From the sequence record SRR20825006_1064: a DNA stretch of 60,663 bases; one strand, given 5' to 3'. Both the position numbers and the translations under genes were made by a program. Below are positions 38,335 through 47,646 of this stretch, one piece after another. The notes under the pieces are model-generated. The model searched no databases. It had not been told where the DNA came from and saw nothing but the letters and a program-made list of their open reading frames with translations. Positions within the stretch are counted from its first letter, which is position 1. Each line of letters opens with the position of its first letter.

Positions 38335-39759
38335 ATGCCTTCACCTTTGCCAGATATAGACCGTGCGATCGCAGAAGGGCATATCGCCCGGGCGCGCAGT
38401 CTGTTGGGTGCGGCTGAAGGTGGGCCTTTTGGACAGGCTGGCGATATTGTGTTGCTGCAGGGCCTGGCGGAACGTTATATCCAGCTCGGTTTGTTTCGAG
38501 AAGCCGATGGGCTTTACCAGAAGGCGCTCAAGCTCGCGCCAAATGATGCAGGCCTGCTATACAATGCGGCGACGGCCGCCGTTGCCCTTGGCAAGATGAA
38601 AGAGGCCGAGCTTTGGCTCGATAAGGTCATCACGGCGAGGCCCGGTGATTATGACGCCTATTATAACCGCGCGACGCTCAGACGCTGGGGCGAAGACGAT
38701 AACCATATCGAGGCGATGGAGCAGCTCCTCAAGGCGGGCATCCCGGACCATAAAGGTGCGGTGCAGTTATTTTATGCGCTGGCCAAAGAATATGAAGATC
38801 TGGGCAAACCCGAACAATCGTTCGGGCATTTGCAGCGCGGTGCGAACCTGCGGGCATCGATGATGCGATATGACGTGCGGCAGGACGTGGAAACCATGGC
38901 AAAGATCGCGGAGGTTTTTGCGCCGCACTCACGCCACATACCCGCCACAGATTCCGGGATTTATGACACGGATTCCGCCACACTTTCGACCACAAATGCC
39001 ACACCGGAAAACCGGACAAAACCGGTGTTTATTGTCGGGTTGCCGCGCACAGGCACAACGCTGGTGGACCGTATCTTAAGCTCCCACTCCGAGGTGGGAA
39101 GCCTTGGTGAAATCAGTGATCTGGCTAGCGCTATCGTGCGGCTGGCGGGGCCAGTACAAAACCGCATGGAACTGATTGAAAAATCAGCGGAAATTAATAT
39201 TGTTTCGTTATCGAAACAATATGCAAAAAGCACGTCAGAGCGCGGCCTTGATGCCCCTGTTCTGATAGACAAAACCCCGGCGAACTTTCTCTATCTCGGC
39301 ATCATTGCCCGCGCAATGCCGGACGCGCGTATTGTCCACCTGAAGCGCCACCCGCTTGATGCCTGTTATGCCATCTATAAAACCCTGTTCCGTATGGGTT
39401 ATCCCTACAGCTACCGGCTTGACCAGCTCGCGGATTATTATATCGCCTACGAGAAACTGATGACGCACTGGCATGAGGTGATGCCGGGCCAAATCCTTGA
39501 TCTGCAATATGAAAATCTGGTTCAGGACACGGAGGCTGAGGCCCGGAAGCTGCTCGCGCATTGCGGTCTCAAGTGGGAAGACGGTGTGCTGGCCTTCCAT
39601 GAAAATACCAGCCCAAGCGCAACCGCTTCTGCCGCCCAGGTGCGTCGCCCTGTTTATAGCTCGTCCGTCGGACGCTGGCGCGACCATGCGGCTGGCCTTG
39701 AGCCGCTTATTGAGCGGCTTGCTACTGCAGGCATCGCGCTCGATGAGGTGGCAGCATGA
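38335..39759 (+). CDS. TPR-containing sulfotransferase-family protein
   Basis: N-terminal TPRs; FIVGLPRTGTTL (5'-PSB), DKTPANF, RHPLD, TASAAQVRRP. Confidence 0.92.
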   Translation: MPSPLPDIDRAIAEGHIARARSLLGAAEGGPFGQAGDIVLLQGLAERYIQLGLFREADGLYQKALKLAPNDAGLLYNAATAAVALGKMKEAELWLDKVITARPGDYDAYYNRATLRRWGEDDNHIEAMEQLLKAGIPDHKGAVQLFYALAKEYEDLGKPEQSFGHLQRGANLRASMMRYDVRQDVETMAKIAEVFAPHSRHIPATDSGIYDTDSATLSTTNATPENRTKPVFIVGLPRTGTTLVDRILSSHSEVGSLGEISDLASAIVRLAGPVQNRMELIEKSAEINIVSLSKQYAKSTSERGLDAPVLIDKTPANFLYLGIIARAMPDARIVHLKRHPLDACYAIYKTLFRMGYPYSYRLDQLADYYIAYEKLMTHWHEVMPGQILDLQYENLVQDTEAEARKLLAHCGLKWEDGVLAFHENTSPSATASAAQVRRPVYSSSVGRWRDHAAGLEPLIERLATAGIALDEVAA

Positions 39760-41441
39760 TCAAGGCTTTGATTTTACTATCTCTTTTGACCATAACATCC
39801 ACGGCATATGCCGACACCGCAAAGCGTGATGCCGTGCTGGCGGGCGACAAAAAATTCGATCTCGCCCTCCGGTTTGAAGACTTTACCCCGCGTGGGGCGA
39901 CGGGCGAGGCCCAGCCGGTTGAGGGTCAGCTTCGTCTTGATATGACCGCGCTCAGCGGTGGTTTCCAGCTTATTCTCGATAGCTATGGCACGGCCCAAAA
40001 CCCTCAGGCTCAGGTACGGGTGATGCCGCAGGTTGATATCTCCCTGATACAAGACGGTGATTATATTATTCCTATATATCAGGGTATTACCGAAACAAAG
40101 CATCCCTATTTTGATATCATTTACACGCCGGGCAGGACATGGGCTGAGCCTGATGGCAGGCGGTTCATCTCTCTGCCCTTTGCGCTGATGGAGAAGAATG
40201 CCAACTGTATCCACAACGGTGCGCTTCTGGTGGCAATCTCGCCGGACGGGCAGGCGTCCCACGCGCTCATGCAGGTGGGCAGCGAAACCTGCGCCTATTT
40301 CCAGTTCAATTTCTGGGCGGTGTTTGATGCTGAGTGGCAGGCCCGCAACATAGCTGGCGCGGCTGACGCTCGTGCTTCTTATAGGGATAACAAGGCCGCG
40401 CGGCTACCGATACGCACCATGGTTGACCTTCCAGAAGGCTTTAATGCAAAAGAATTTTCGCAAGACGTTGAGATTGCGCCGGCTTTCATGAGTACCTATG
40501 GCCTGGTGCTGGATGGCGTGCATTATCATAGTGGCTGCGATACGCGCCTCGGCCTCTACCCGCATTGCGAAACCATGGTGCTGCCCTCCTATTCTCTGGC
40601 AAAGTCGCTCGCTGGTGGCCTTGGTCTGATGCGGCTTGACGCGCTCTATGGAGATACTTCGTCCCAGACCGTTGCGTCCCTCATTCCTGACTGCGCGGAT
40701 TGGGGCAATGTGACGCTTTCTCATCTGCTCAATATGACAACCGGACGTTATGCGAGCCGCACCCCGCATGCCGATGAAGCGTCTGCCGGGTACCTACCGT
40801 TTTTCACGCTCACAAACGGCACTGAGAAAACAGCCTTCGCCTGCAATTATTTCGATTCCGAAACAGATGAGGGAAAACAATGGGTTTATCATACATCTGA
40901 CACCTATCTTCTGGGTGTTGCCATGAACTCTTTCCTCAAAGCGCATGGTGATGGTGACTTCTACCGTGACCATCTGGTGCCGATCTGGGAAGCGCTGGAT
41001 TTGAGCCCCCTGATGGCGGATATCCGCCGTACGCGCGGCGCGGGCGCTGTTCCCTTCACCGGTTACGGCATGATTTTTACTGCGGACGATATCGCCCGCG
41101 TGGCGTCCGCGCTTGCGTCTAGCGACACGCGCCTTACAGGTCAACTGGCGCAGGCACCGTTTGAGGCCGCCATGCAGCGCACGCCTAGTGACCGTGGTAT
41201 GCGGGCTGGATCTGATAACCTCAGGTATAAAAACGGCTTTTGGGCATGGAATGCACGCGAAAGCCTTGGCTGCGAGGCGGATACATGGTTGCCCTTCTTC
41301 TCGGGGTTTGGGGGCATCACCGTTGTGCTGCTGCCCGGCGGTAACGTTTATTATTATTTCAGTGACAGCGGTGTGCATGTGTTCGCCGAGCCCATCAAGG
41401 CCTTATCAGCCGTCACCCCCATTTGCGGAGTATCATCATGA
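39756..41441 (+). CDS. Secreted beta-lactamase-fold serine hydrolase (divergent, NylB-like motifs)
   Basis: Signal peptide; YSLAK (SxxK), LLNMTTG, WVYHTSD, FSGFGG; ATGA overlap with the upstream gene. Confidence 0.72.
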   Translation: MIKALILLSLLTITSTAYADTAKRDAVLAGDKKFDLALRFEDFTPRGATGEAQPVEGQLRLDMTALSGGFQLILDSYGTAQNPQAQVRVMPQVDISLIQDGDYIIPIYQGITETKHPYFDIIYTPGRTWAEPDGRRFISLPFALMEKNANCIHNGALLVAISPDGQASHALMQVGSETCAYFQFNFWAVFDAEWQARNIAGAADARASYRDNKAARLPIRTMVDLPEGFNAKEFSQDVEIAPAFMSTYGLVLDGVHYHSGCDTRLGLYPHCETMVLPSYSLAKSLAGGLGLMRLDALYGDTSSQTVASLIPDCADWGNVTLSHLLNMTTGRYASRTPHADEASAGYLPFFTLTNGTEKTAFACNYFDSETDEGKQWVYHTSDTYLLGVAMNSFLKAHGDGDFYRDHLVPIWEALDLSPLMADIRRTRGAGAVPFTGYGMIFTADDIARVASALASSDTRLTGQLAQAPFEAAMQRTPSDRGMRAGSDNLRYKNGFWAWNARESLGCEADTWLPFFSGFGGITVVLLPGGNVYYYFSDSGVHVFAEPIKALSAVTPICGVSS

Positions 41442-42679
41442 CAGGCGAAAACATCACCCCGGCCAGCGGGCCTAGGGTCGCATCTCCCACAGGGCATATA
41501 GCGCCGGTTTTGCTGGCGTTTCTCACCACGGCAGGGCTGTTTTACGTCAACATCATGCCTGCGCTTGTGAGCGGCCTCGTTGAAGGGCTGGGCTTCTCAA
41601 AATCAACCGCCGGATATGTCGCTTCCGCCAACGTGTATGGTGCATCGCTCGGCGCACTGGTGGCTGTTTTTGCCGTTCGGTACCTGAACTGGAAAAAGGC
41701 CGCCGCTGCCGCGCTTGTTGGGCTTATCTTGGTCGATATCGTGTCCACCGTGCAAACAGACGGCAATGTGCTTATTGCCATCCGCTTCCTTCATGGTTCT
41801 ATCGGCGGTTTTCTCGTAGGCATCGGCTTTTCGGTTATCGCGCGCACGCCTGCGCCGGACAAAACCTTTGGCATGCTGCTTGTGGTGCAATACGGCCTCG
41901 GCGGTGTTGGGCTGATGACATTGCCAAAACTGGTGCCGCTTTATGGCACATCGGTGCTTTTCATTGCACTCATGGCCTTCAGCCTTGTCACCCTGTTTAT
42001 GCTGCCGTTTCTTGCACCCTATCCGCCGAAGGATAAAACCGTGATGGAGGCCGAGAAGGGCGGCACAGGCCCGTATTTCAAGCCGCTCGTGCTTGCGCTT
42101 CTCGCGGTGTTTTGTTTTCAGGCAGCCAATATGGGGCTGGCGGCCTATGTTATTGAGCTAGGCAAAAACGCAGGCCTCACCACAGACAGCATCAGCACCA
42201 CGCTCGGTTTCGCAAACTGGATTTCCGTCGCGGGGGCCGTGTTCGTTTATGTTATCGGCCTCAAAAACGGCCGTTTGAAGCCGCTTCTGCTTGGGCTTGT
42301 TGTCACACTTGTGGGCATGTTTATGTTCCGCTTTTCTGAAAATGCCACGCTCTTTTTCATCGCCAATGTGATCACCGGTATCACCTGGGCCTTTCTTATC
42401 CCTTATCTCCTTGGCATGTGCGCCGCGTTTGACGGCAAGGGGCAGATGGCGGCGCTCTCCGGCTTTTTCTCAAAAATGGGGCTTGCGTCAGGGCCTTTTG
42501 TTGCGGCGCTTGTTATTGGCGAAAGCAATTATGCCCTGCTGATCAATCTGGCGATCATGGGCATCGTGCTTTGCCTTGTGGCCGCCTTTATGCCCGCCCG
42601 CCTTCTGGATCAGAAAGCAGGTAGGGGGCCAGATACCAAGCCCATACCACCCCAAACCGCCCAGGAAGTGACCGAGTAG
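41438..42679 (+). CDS. MFS transporter
   Basis: 12 TM segments; ATG 41438 overlaps the upstream TGA. Confidence 0.9.
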   Translation: MTGENITPASGPRVASPTGHIAPVLLAFLTTAGLFYVNIMPALVSGLVEGLGFSKSTAGYVASANVYGASLGALVAVFAVRYLNWKKAAAAALVGLILVDIVSTVQTDGNVLIAIRFLHGSIGGFLVGIGFSVIARTPAPDKTFGMLLVVQYGLGGVGLMTLPKLVPLYGTSVLFIALMAFSLVTLFMLPFLAPYPPKDKTVMEAEKGGTGPYFKPLVLALLAVFCFQAANMGLAAYVIELGKNAGLTTDSISTTLGFANWISVAGAVFVYVIGLKNGRLKPLLLGLVVTLVGMFMFRFSENATLFFIANVITGITWAFLIPYLLGMCAAFDGKGQMAALSGFFSKMGLASGPFVAALVIGESNYALLINLAIMGIVLCLVAAFMPARLLDQKAGRGPDTKPIPPQTAQEVTE

Positions 42680-42693
42680 GGAAGGACGAATTC

Positions 42694-43545
42694 ATGAAAC
42701 CTTTTGCAATAGCAGGCTTGCAGCTCGCACTTCCGCACAGCGGTAATCTGGAGCTTGTGATCAAGAAAATCAGGCAGGCAACACTAAGGTACCCCTGGGT
42801 GCAGATGGTGGTGCTGTCCGAGCTGGCCATATGCGGTGCCGTGATCGGTACGGCAGAACCACTGCCCTCCAAGGCTGAGGATCGGCTTAGGGCGCTGGCG
42901 AAAGAGCTGGGTATCTGGCTGGTGAACGGCTCGCTCTATGAGAAGAAAGACGGCAAGGTTTATAACACCACCAGCGTGATCTCAGACCTCGGTGACGTGG
43001 TCACACGGTACCGCAAAATGTACCCGTTTCTGCCCTATGAAAAAGGCGTGGCGGAAGGCACAGAATTTTGCGTGTTTGACGTGCCGGGTGTGGGGCGGTT
43101 TGGTGTCTCCATCTGCTACGATATGTGGTTCCCCGAGACCAGCCGTGCATTGGCCACAATGGGGGCGGAGGTGATCATTCACCCTACGCTCACCAATTCG
43201 ATCGACCGGGAAGTGGAATGCGCCATGGTGCGGGCAACGGCTGCGCAGCAGCAGTGTTTTGTGGTTGATATCAATGGGGCGGGCGAGCAGGCCAATGGCC
43301 GATCTGTCATTGCCGGGCCGGATGGTGACATATTGCATCAGGCCGGTGAGATGGAAGAGATCATCGCGCTTGAGATTGATGTTGACCGTGTGGCGCGTGT
43401 TCGCGAACGCGGGCTTCTGGGTCTCGGGCAGCCGCTTAAAAGCTTCCGTAACGCTGGTCATAGCTTCCCGCAGGATGGCCTCGCAAACCGGGCAGATTAC
43501 CTCGATACCTTAGGCCCGCTCGAGATACCCAAACGGGGCGGTTAA
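42694..43545 (+). CDS. Carbon-nitrogen hydrolase (nitrilase superfamily amidase)
   Basis: Catalytic triad motifs LSEL (E), YRKMYP (K), ICYDMWFPE (C). Confidence 0.92.
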   Translation: MKPFAIAGLQLALPHSGNLELVIKKIRQATLRYPWVQMVVLSELAICGAVIGTAEPLPSKAEDRLRALAKELGIWLVNGSLYEKKDGKVYNTTSVISDLGDVVTRYRKMYPFLPYEKGVAEGTEFCVFDVPGVGRFGVSICYDMWFPETSRALATMGAEVIIHPTLTNSIDREVECAMVRATAAQQQCFVVDINGAGEQANGRSVIAGPDGDILHQAGEMEEIIALEIDVDRVARVRERGLLGLGQPLKSFRNAGHSFPQDGLANRADYLDTLGPLEIPKRGG

Positions 43546-43580
43546 GCCCCAATAATACCCTCCTAAAAAGGATAGTTTTG

Positions 43581-45008
43581 ATGACCCAACATTTCCCGTT
43601 GGTAAAAGATTTTGCGGCCAAAATGCCCGGTCTTGAGGTGCTGGACCCGGCCTCAGGCGCACGTCTGATGACAGTGGCCGATATGACAACAGCTGAGGTT
43701 GCGGGTTATATCGAAGCGGCAGAACAGGCGTTTCATGCCTGGTCAAAACGCACAGCGAAAGAGCGCGCGAGCCTTATGATGGCGTGGCACAGGCTTATAT
43801 TGGCCCACGCTGATGAGCTGGCCGAGATCATCACGGCTGAGTGCGGTAAACCCCTCACCGAAGCACGGGGCGAGGTGCTGTATGGGGCCAGCTTTATCGA
43901 ATGGTTCGCGGAAGAGGGCAAACGTGCTTATGGCGATATAATCCCGAGCTTCGCGGCGGGCAAACGTATCATGGTGCTCAAGCAGCCTGTGGGTGTGGTG
44001 GCAGCGATCACGCCGTGGAACTTTCCGCTGGCCATGATCACACGCAAGGTGGCGCCTGCGCTGGCAGCGGGTTGCAGCGCGGTTGTGAAACCGGCGGAAG
44101 CAACGCCGCTGACCGCTCTTGCGCTTGAGAGGCTGGCGCTGGATGCGGGTTTGCCGGCAGGCCTTTTCAAAGTTGTCACCACCACCAAGCCTTCTGAGAT
44201 TGGCAAGGTGCTGACGACGCATCCGACCGTGCGCAAATTTTCGTTCACCGGTTCAACCGCTGTGGGTCGGATACTGATGGCGCAGTGCGCGTCCACGATC
44301 AAGAAGGTCAGCCTTGAGCTTGGCGGCAACGCGCCCTTTATCGTGTTTGACGATGCAGATATTGATGCGGCGGTTGTGGGTGCCATGGCATCCAAATACC
44401 GGAACGCCGGGCAAACCTGTGTGTGCGCCAACCGGTTTTTTGTGCATGAAGCCGTACATGATGAATTTGTCTCCAAGCTGAGAGCCGCAGTCGCAAACCT
44501 GAAGGTCGGGCACGGGGCGGATGCTGGCACGACGGTGGGGCCGCTTATCAACAAGGCAGGCTGCGACAAGGTTGAAGGCCTGGTGGATGCGGCGGTCGCA
44601 CAAGGCGCGACAGTAGTGATCGGCGGCAGCAGGTATGGCGCAGGTGAAAGTTTTTATGCACCAACCATTCTGACAGGGGTAACCCCGGATATGAAGATCG
44701 CACAGGCAGAGGTGTTTGGCCCCGTGGCGCCCGTGTTCAAATTTAAGGATGAAGCCGAGGTGATCCGCCTTGCAAACGACACGCCTTATGGTCTTGCTTC
44801 CTATTTTTATGCCCGTGATCTGGGCCGTGTGTTCCGCGTGGCGGAGGCCCTTGAGTATGGTATGATAGGCATCAACGAAGGCATCATTTCAACGGAAGTG
44901 GCCCCGTTCGGTGGGGTCAAACAATCGGGCCTCGGCCGTGAAGGTTCGAAATACGGTATCGACGATTATCTGGAATCCAAATATTGCCTCCTGGGAGGGC
45001 TGGACTGA
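43581..45008 (+). CDS. gabD: NAD(P)-dependent succinate-semialdehyde dehydrogenase
   Basis: ITPWNFP, FTGST, LELGGNAP, RNAGQTCVC, EVFGP, PFGGVKQSGLGREGS. Confidence 0.9.
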   Translation: MTQHFPLVKDFAAKMPGLEVLDPASGARLMTVADMTTAEVAGYIEAAEQAFHAWSKRTAKERASLMMAWHRLILAHADELAEIITAECGKPLTEARGEVLYGASFIEWFAEEGKRAYGDIIPSFAAGKRIMVLKQPVGVVAAITPWNFPLAMITRKVAPALAAGCSAVVKPAEATPLTALALERLALDAGLPAGLFKVVTTTKPSEIGKVLTTHPTVRKFSFTGSTAVGRILMAQCASTIKKVSLELGGNAPFIVFDDADIDAAVVGAMASKYRNAGQTCVCANRFFVHEAVHDEFVSKLRAAVANLKVGHGADAGTTVGPLINKAGCDKVEGLVDAAVAQGATVVIGGSRYGAGESFYAPTILTGVTPDMKIAQAEVFGPVAPVFKFKDEAEVIRLANDTPYGLASYFYARDLGRVFRVAEALEYGMIGINEGIISTEVAPFGGVKQSGLGREGSKYGIDDYLESKYCLLGGLD

Positions 45009-46312
45009 TGCTGAAGAAACTAAAATCCACCAATACAGAAACGCTTAAAAACAAGGACTTATGGTCCCGGCGTGAAAATGCTGTGCCGCGCGGCGTGGGC
45101 AGCATGCACCAGCGTTTCTCGGCCTTCGCGAAAAACGCCGAGGTATGGGATGTGGAAGGCAAACGCTATGTGGATTTTGCCACCGGCATTGCGGTCACCA
45201 ACACCGGCCACGGCGACCCGCGCATCATTGAGGCGGTGAAGGCGCAGATCGACAATTTCTCGCACACCTGTTTTCAGGTAACACCCTATGAGAGCTATAT
45301 AGCGCTTGCGGAAAAGCTGAATGCGCTTGCGCCGGGCGACACACCAAAAAAGACCATCTTTCTTACCACGGGTGCCGAGGCGGTAGAAAACGCGGTCAAG
45401 ATCGCGCGCGCCGCCACTGGCCGCCCGGGTGTGATCGCCTTCAAGGGTGGTTTCCATGGCCGCACCATGATGGGCATGGCGCTTACGGGTAAGGTCGCGC
45501 CTTATAAGGTTGGTTTTGGGCCATTCCCGCAGGGCATCTATCATGTGCCTTACCCTGTGCCTTATCACGGCGTGACGGAAGAAATGGCGCTTGAAGCTGT
45601 GGCAGACCTTTTTAAAGCCGACATCGCACCCGAAGATGTCGCGGCGATCATCCTTGAACCTGTACAGGGTGAGGGTGGTTTCTATGCAGCGTCGCCCAAG
45701 TTCATGCAGGCGCTGCGTGCGCTATGCGATGCCCACGGCATGCTATTGATATGTGATGAAATCCAGACGGGATTTGCGCGCACGGGCCGTGTTTTTGCGA
45801 CCGAACATGCGGGCATTGAGCCTGACCTTATCACTGTCGCCAAAGCCATGGCGGGTGGTTTCCCGATCTCGGGTGTGATTGGCAAGGCAGCGGTGATGGA
45901 CGCGGCCGCACCCGGCGGTCTTGGTGGCACCTATGGCGGTTCACCGCTTGGCTGTGTTGCGGGGCTCAAGGTTCTCGATATCATTGAGGACGACAGGCTC
46001 TGTGAGCGGGCTGATGAGATTGGTGCGCTGTTCACCAGTCGCCTTAGCGCCATGCGCGACAGTGGCTTGACCGAGATTGGCGATATTCGTGCGCTTGGTG
46101 CCATGATCGCGATTGAAATCGTGAAGGACGGTGTTGCCGATGCGCCCGACCCTGTACGCACGGCTGAGATCGTCAAAGCTGCAGCCGAAGCTGGGCTTAT
46201 CCTCTTGTCTTGCGGTATCAGGGGGAACGTGATCCGTTTCCTGCCTGCGCTGACAGCACCTGATGAGATACTGAACGAAGGCCTTGATATCCTCGACGCC
46301 GTGATGCGGTAG
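45008..46312 (+). CDS. gabT: 4-aminobutyrate--2-oxoglutarate transaminase
   Basis: ATG 45008 overlaps the gabD stop; SHTCFQV, TTGAEAVEN, FHGRTMMG, EPVQGEGG, DEIQTGFARTG, GGTYGG. Confidence 0.9.
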   Translation: MLKKLKSTNTETLKNKDLWSRRENAVPRGVGSMHQRFSAFAKNAEVWDVEGKRYVDFATGIAVTNTGHGDPRIIEAVKAQIDNFSHTCFQVTPYESYIALAEKLNALAPGDTPKKTIFLTTGAEAVENAVKIARAATGRPGVIAFKGGFHGRTMMGMALTGKVAPYKVGFGPFPQGIYHVPYPVPYHGVTEEMALEAVADLFKADIAPEDVAAIILEPVQGEGGFYAASPKFMQALRALCDAHGMLLICDEIQTGFARTGRVFATEHAGIEPDLITVAKAMAGGFPISGVIGKAAVMDAAAPGGLGGTYGGSPLGCVAGLKVLDIIEDDRLCERADEIGALFTSRLSAMRDSGLTEIGDIRALGAMIAIEIVKDGVADAPDPVRTAEIVKAAAEAGLILLSCGIRGNVIRFLPALTAPDEILNEGLDILDAVMR

Positions 46313-46337
46313 AATTATCCGACGAGCAAAAAGTGTG

Positions 46338-46373
46338 GCGGCTACGTGGCAGGTGAGGTCACGTAGCCGTTTC
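46338..46373 (+). terminator. Terminator-like hairpin after gabT
   Basis: GCGGCTACGTGGC...GTCACGTAGCCGT followed by a short TTC. Confidence 0.6.
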
Positions 46374-46380
46374 GCATGAC

Positions 46381-46468
46381 GACCCATAAAATGAGGTCAT
46401 CCGCCACCGCTGTTTTTCACTGTGAAGCCAGGTATCTCAAATCTTTCAGCGAGTGCTTCAAAATCACC
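46381..46468 (+). repeat. Degenerate direct repeat, copy A (left of ars cassette)
   Basis: Ungapped manual alignment to 49553-49640 gives 66/88 identities. Confidence 0.85.
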
Positions 46469-46556
46469 GAACACTGACACACGTGCAACTCCTTGAACCT
46501 GCCTGTATGGAAACGGCCTGCGTGGTTCGTAGTTCAAAATATTCTTGTCATTTTTT

Positions 46557-46592
46557 CAATATATCAATATTTCTACGATTATAGATATATTG
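46557..46592. promoter_or_regulatory. Candidate ArsR operator
   Basis: CAATATATCAATA-N10-TATAGATATATTG inverted repeat (12/13) about 30 nt before the GAPDH start. Confidence 0.6.
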
Positions 46593-46622
46593 CCTGTTGA
46601 GGCTGATACGATAGGAACGACA

Positions 46623-47639
46623 ATGACGATACGAGTTGCCATCAACGGATTTGGTCGCATGGGGCGGCTTTTTCTGAGGGCCATGTGGGGAAACCCGAAC
46701 CTGAAACTGGTTGCCATCAATGAACCCAAAGGCGGGATCGAGACCGCGGCGCACCTGTTAGAGTTTGACAGCGTGCACGGTCGTTGGGACCATTCTGTCG
46801 CTGTTACAGGCGCTCAACTGGTTATTGACGGTGCTGCGGTGCGCTTTTCGGAAGCTGTTATCCCTGAGGATACTGGCTGGACCGGTGCGGATGTGGATCT
46901 GGTGATCGAATGCTCGGGCAAGTTCAAGTCGCGCGACAGTTTGCTGTCTTACTATAGAAACGGTGTTCGCAAGGTGCTGGTATCGGCGCCGGTGAAAGAA
47001 GAAGGTGCCATCAATCTGGTGATGGGCGTCAATCAGCATCTCTATCAGCCGGACGTGCATGATCTGGTCACAGCGGCCTCTTGTACCACCAACTGTCTCG
47101 CGCCTGTGGTCAAGGTGGTGCACGAGAAGCTGGGAATACGCCATGGCTCCATCACCACCATCCATGACGTTACGAACACTCAAGTGATCGTGGACGCACC
47201 CCACAAAGACCTGCGCCGGGCACGCTCCTGTCTTAATTCGTTGATACCGACGACCACGGGGTCTGCGACCGCCATTTCGCTGATCTATCCTGAATTGAAG
47301 GGACGTTTGAATGGCCACGCGGTGCGCGTGCCACTTCTGAATGCTTCGCTGACTGACTGTGTGTTTGAACTTGAGCGCACAACAACTGTTGAGGAAGTGA
47401 ACGGCCTGTTCCGCGAAGCAGCGGACAGCTATCTGAAGGGTATCCTCGGCTATGAAGGGCGGCCTCTTGTGTCGTCGGACTATCTCAATGACCCGCGTTC
47501 CAGCATCATTGATGCGCTCTCTACCATGGTGGTGAACGGTACCCAGCTCAAGGTGTACGCCTGGTATGACAACGAATGGGGTTACGTTAACAGGATGGCG
47601 GAACTGGCCGACATGATCGCACGCTCGTTACAGGAATAG
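46623..47639 (+). CDS. ArsJ-associated glyceraldehyde-3-phosphate dehydrogenase
   Basis: [39 protein letters not shown]; directly upstream of arsJ. Confidence 0.92.
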   Translation: MTIRVAINGFGRMGRLFLRAMWGNPNLKLVAINEPKGGIETAAHLLEFDSVHGRWDHSVAVTGAQLVIDGAAVRFSEAVIPEDTGWTGADVDLVIECSGKFKSRDSLLSYYRNGVRKVLVSAPVKEEGAINLVMGVNQHLYQPDVHDLVTAASCTTNCLAPVVKVVHEKLGIRHGSITTIHDVTNTQVIVDAPHKDLRRARSCLNSLIPTTTGSATAISLIYPELKGRLNGHAVRVPLLNASLTDCVFELERTTTVEEVNGLFREAADSYLKGILGYEGRPLVSSDYLNDPRSSIIDALSTMVVNGTQLKVYAWYDNEWGYVNRMAELADMIARSLQE

Positions 47640-47646
47640 GTGCGCT

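Noticed and set aside
39201-39218. parS-like TGTTTC...GAAACA
   Set aside because: Core is GTTATC, not ACGT; kept only as an unexplained palindrome.
23556-46486. 13-bp match CTGACACACGTGC (23556-23568 minus; 46474-46486 plus)
   Set aside because: Matches of this length are expected by chance many times in 60 kb.
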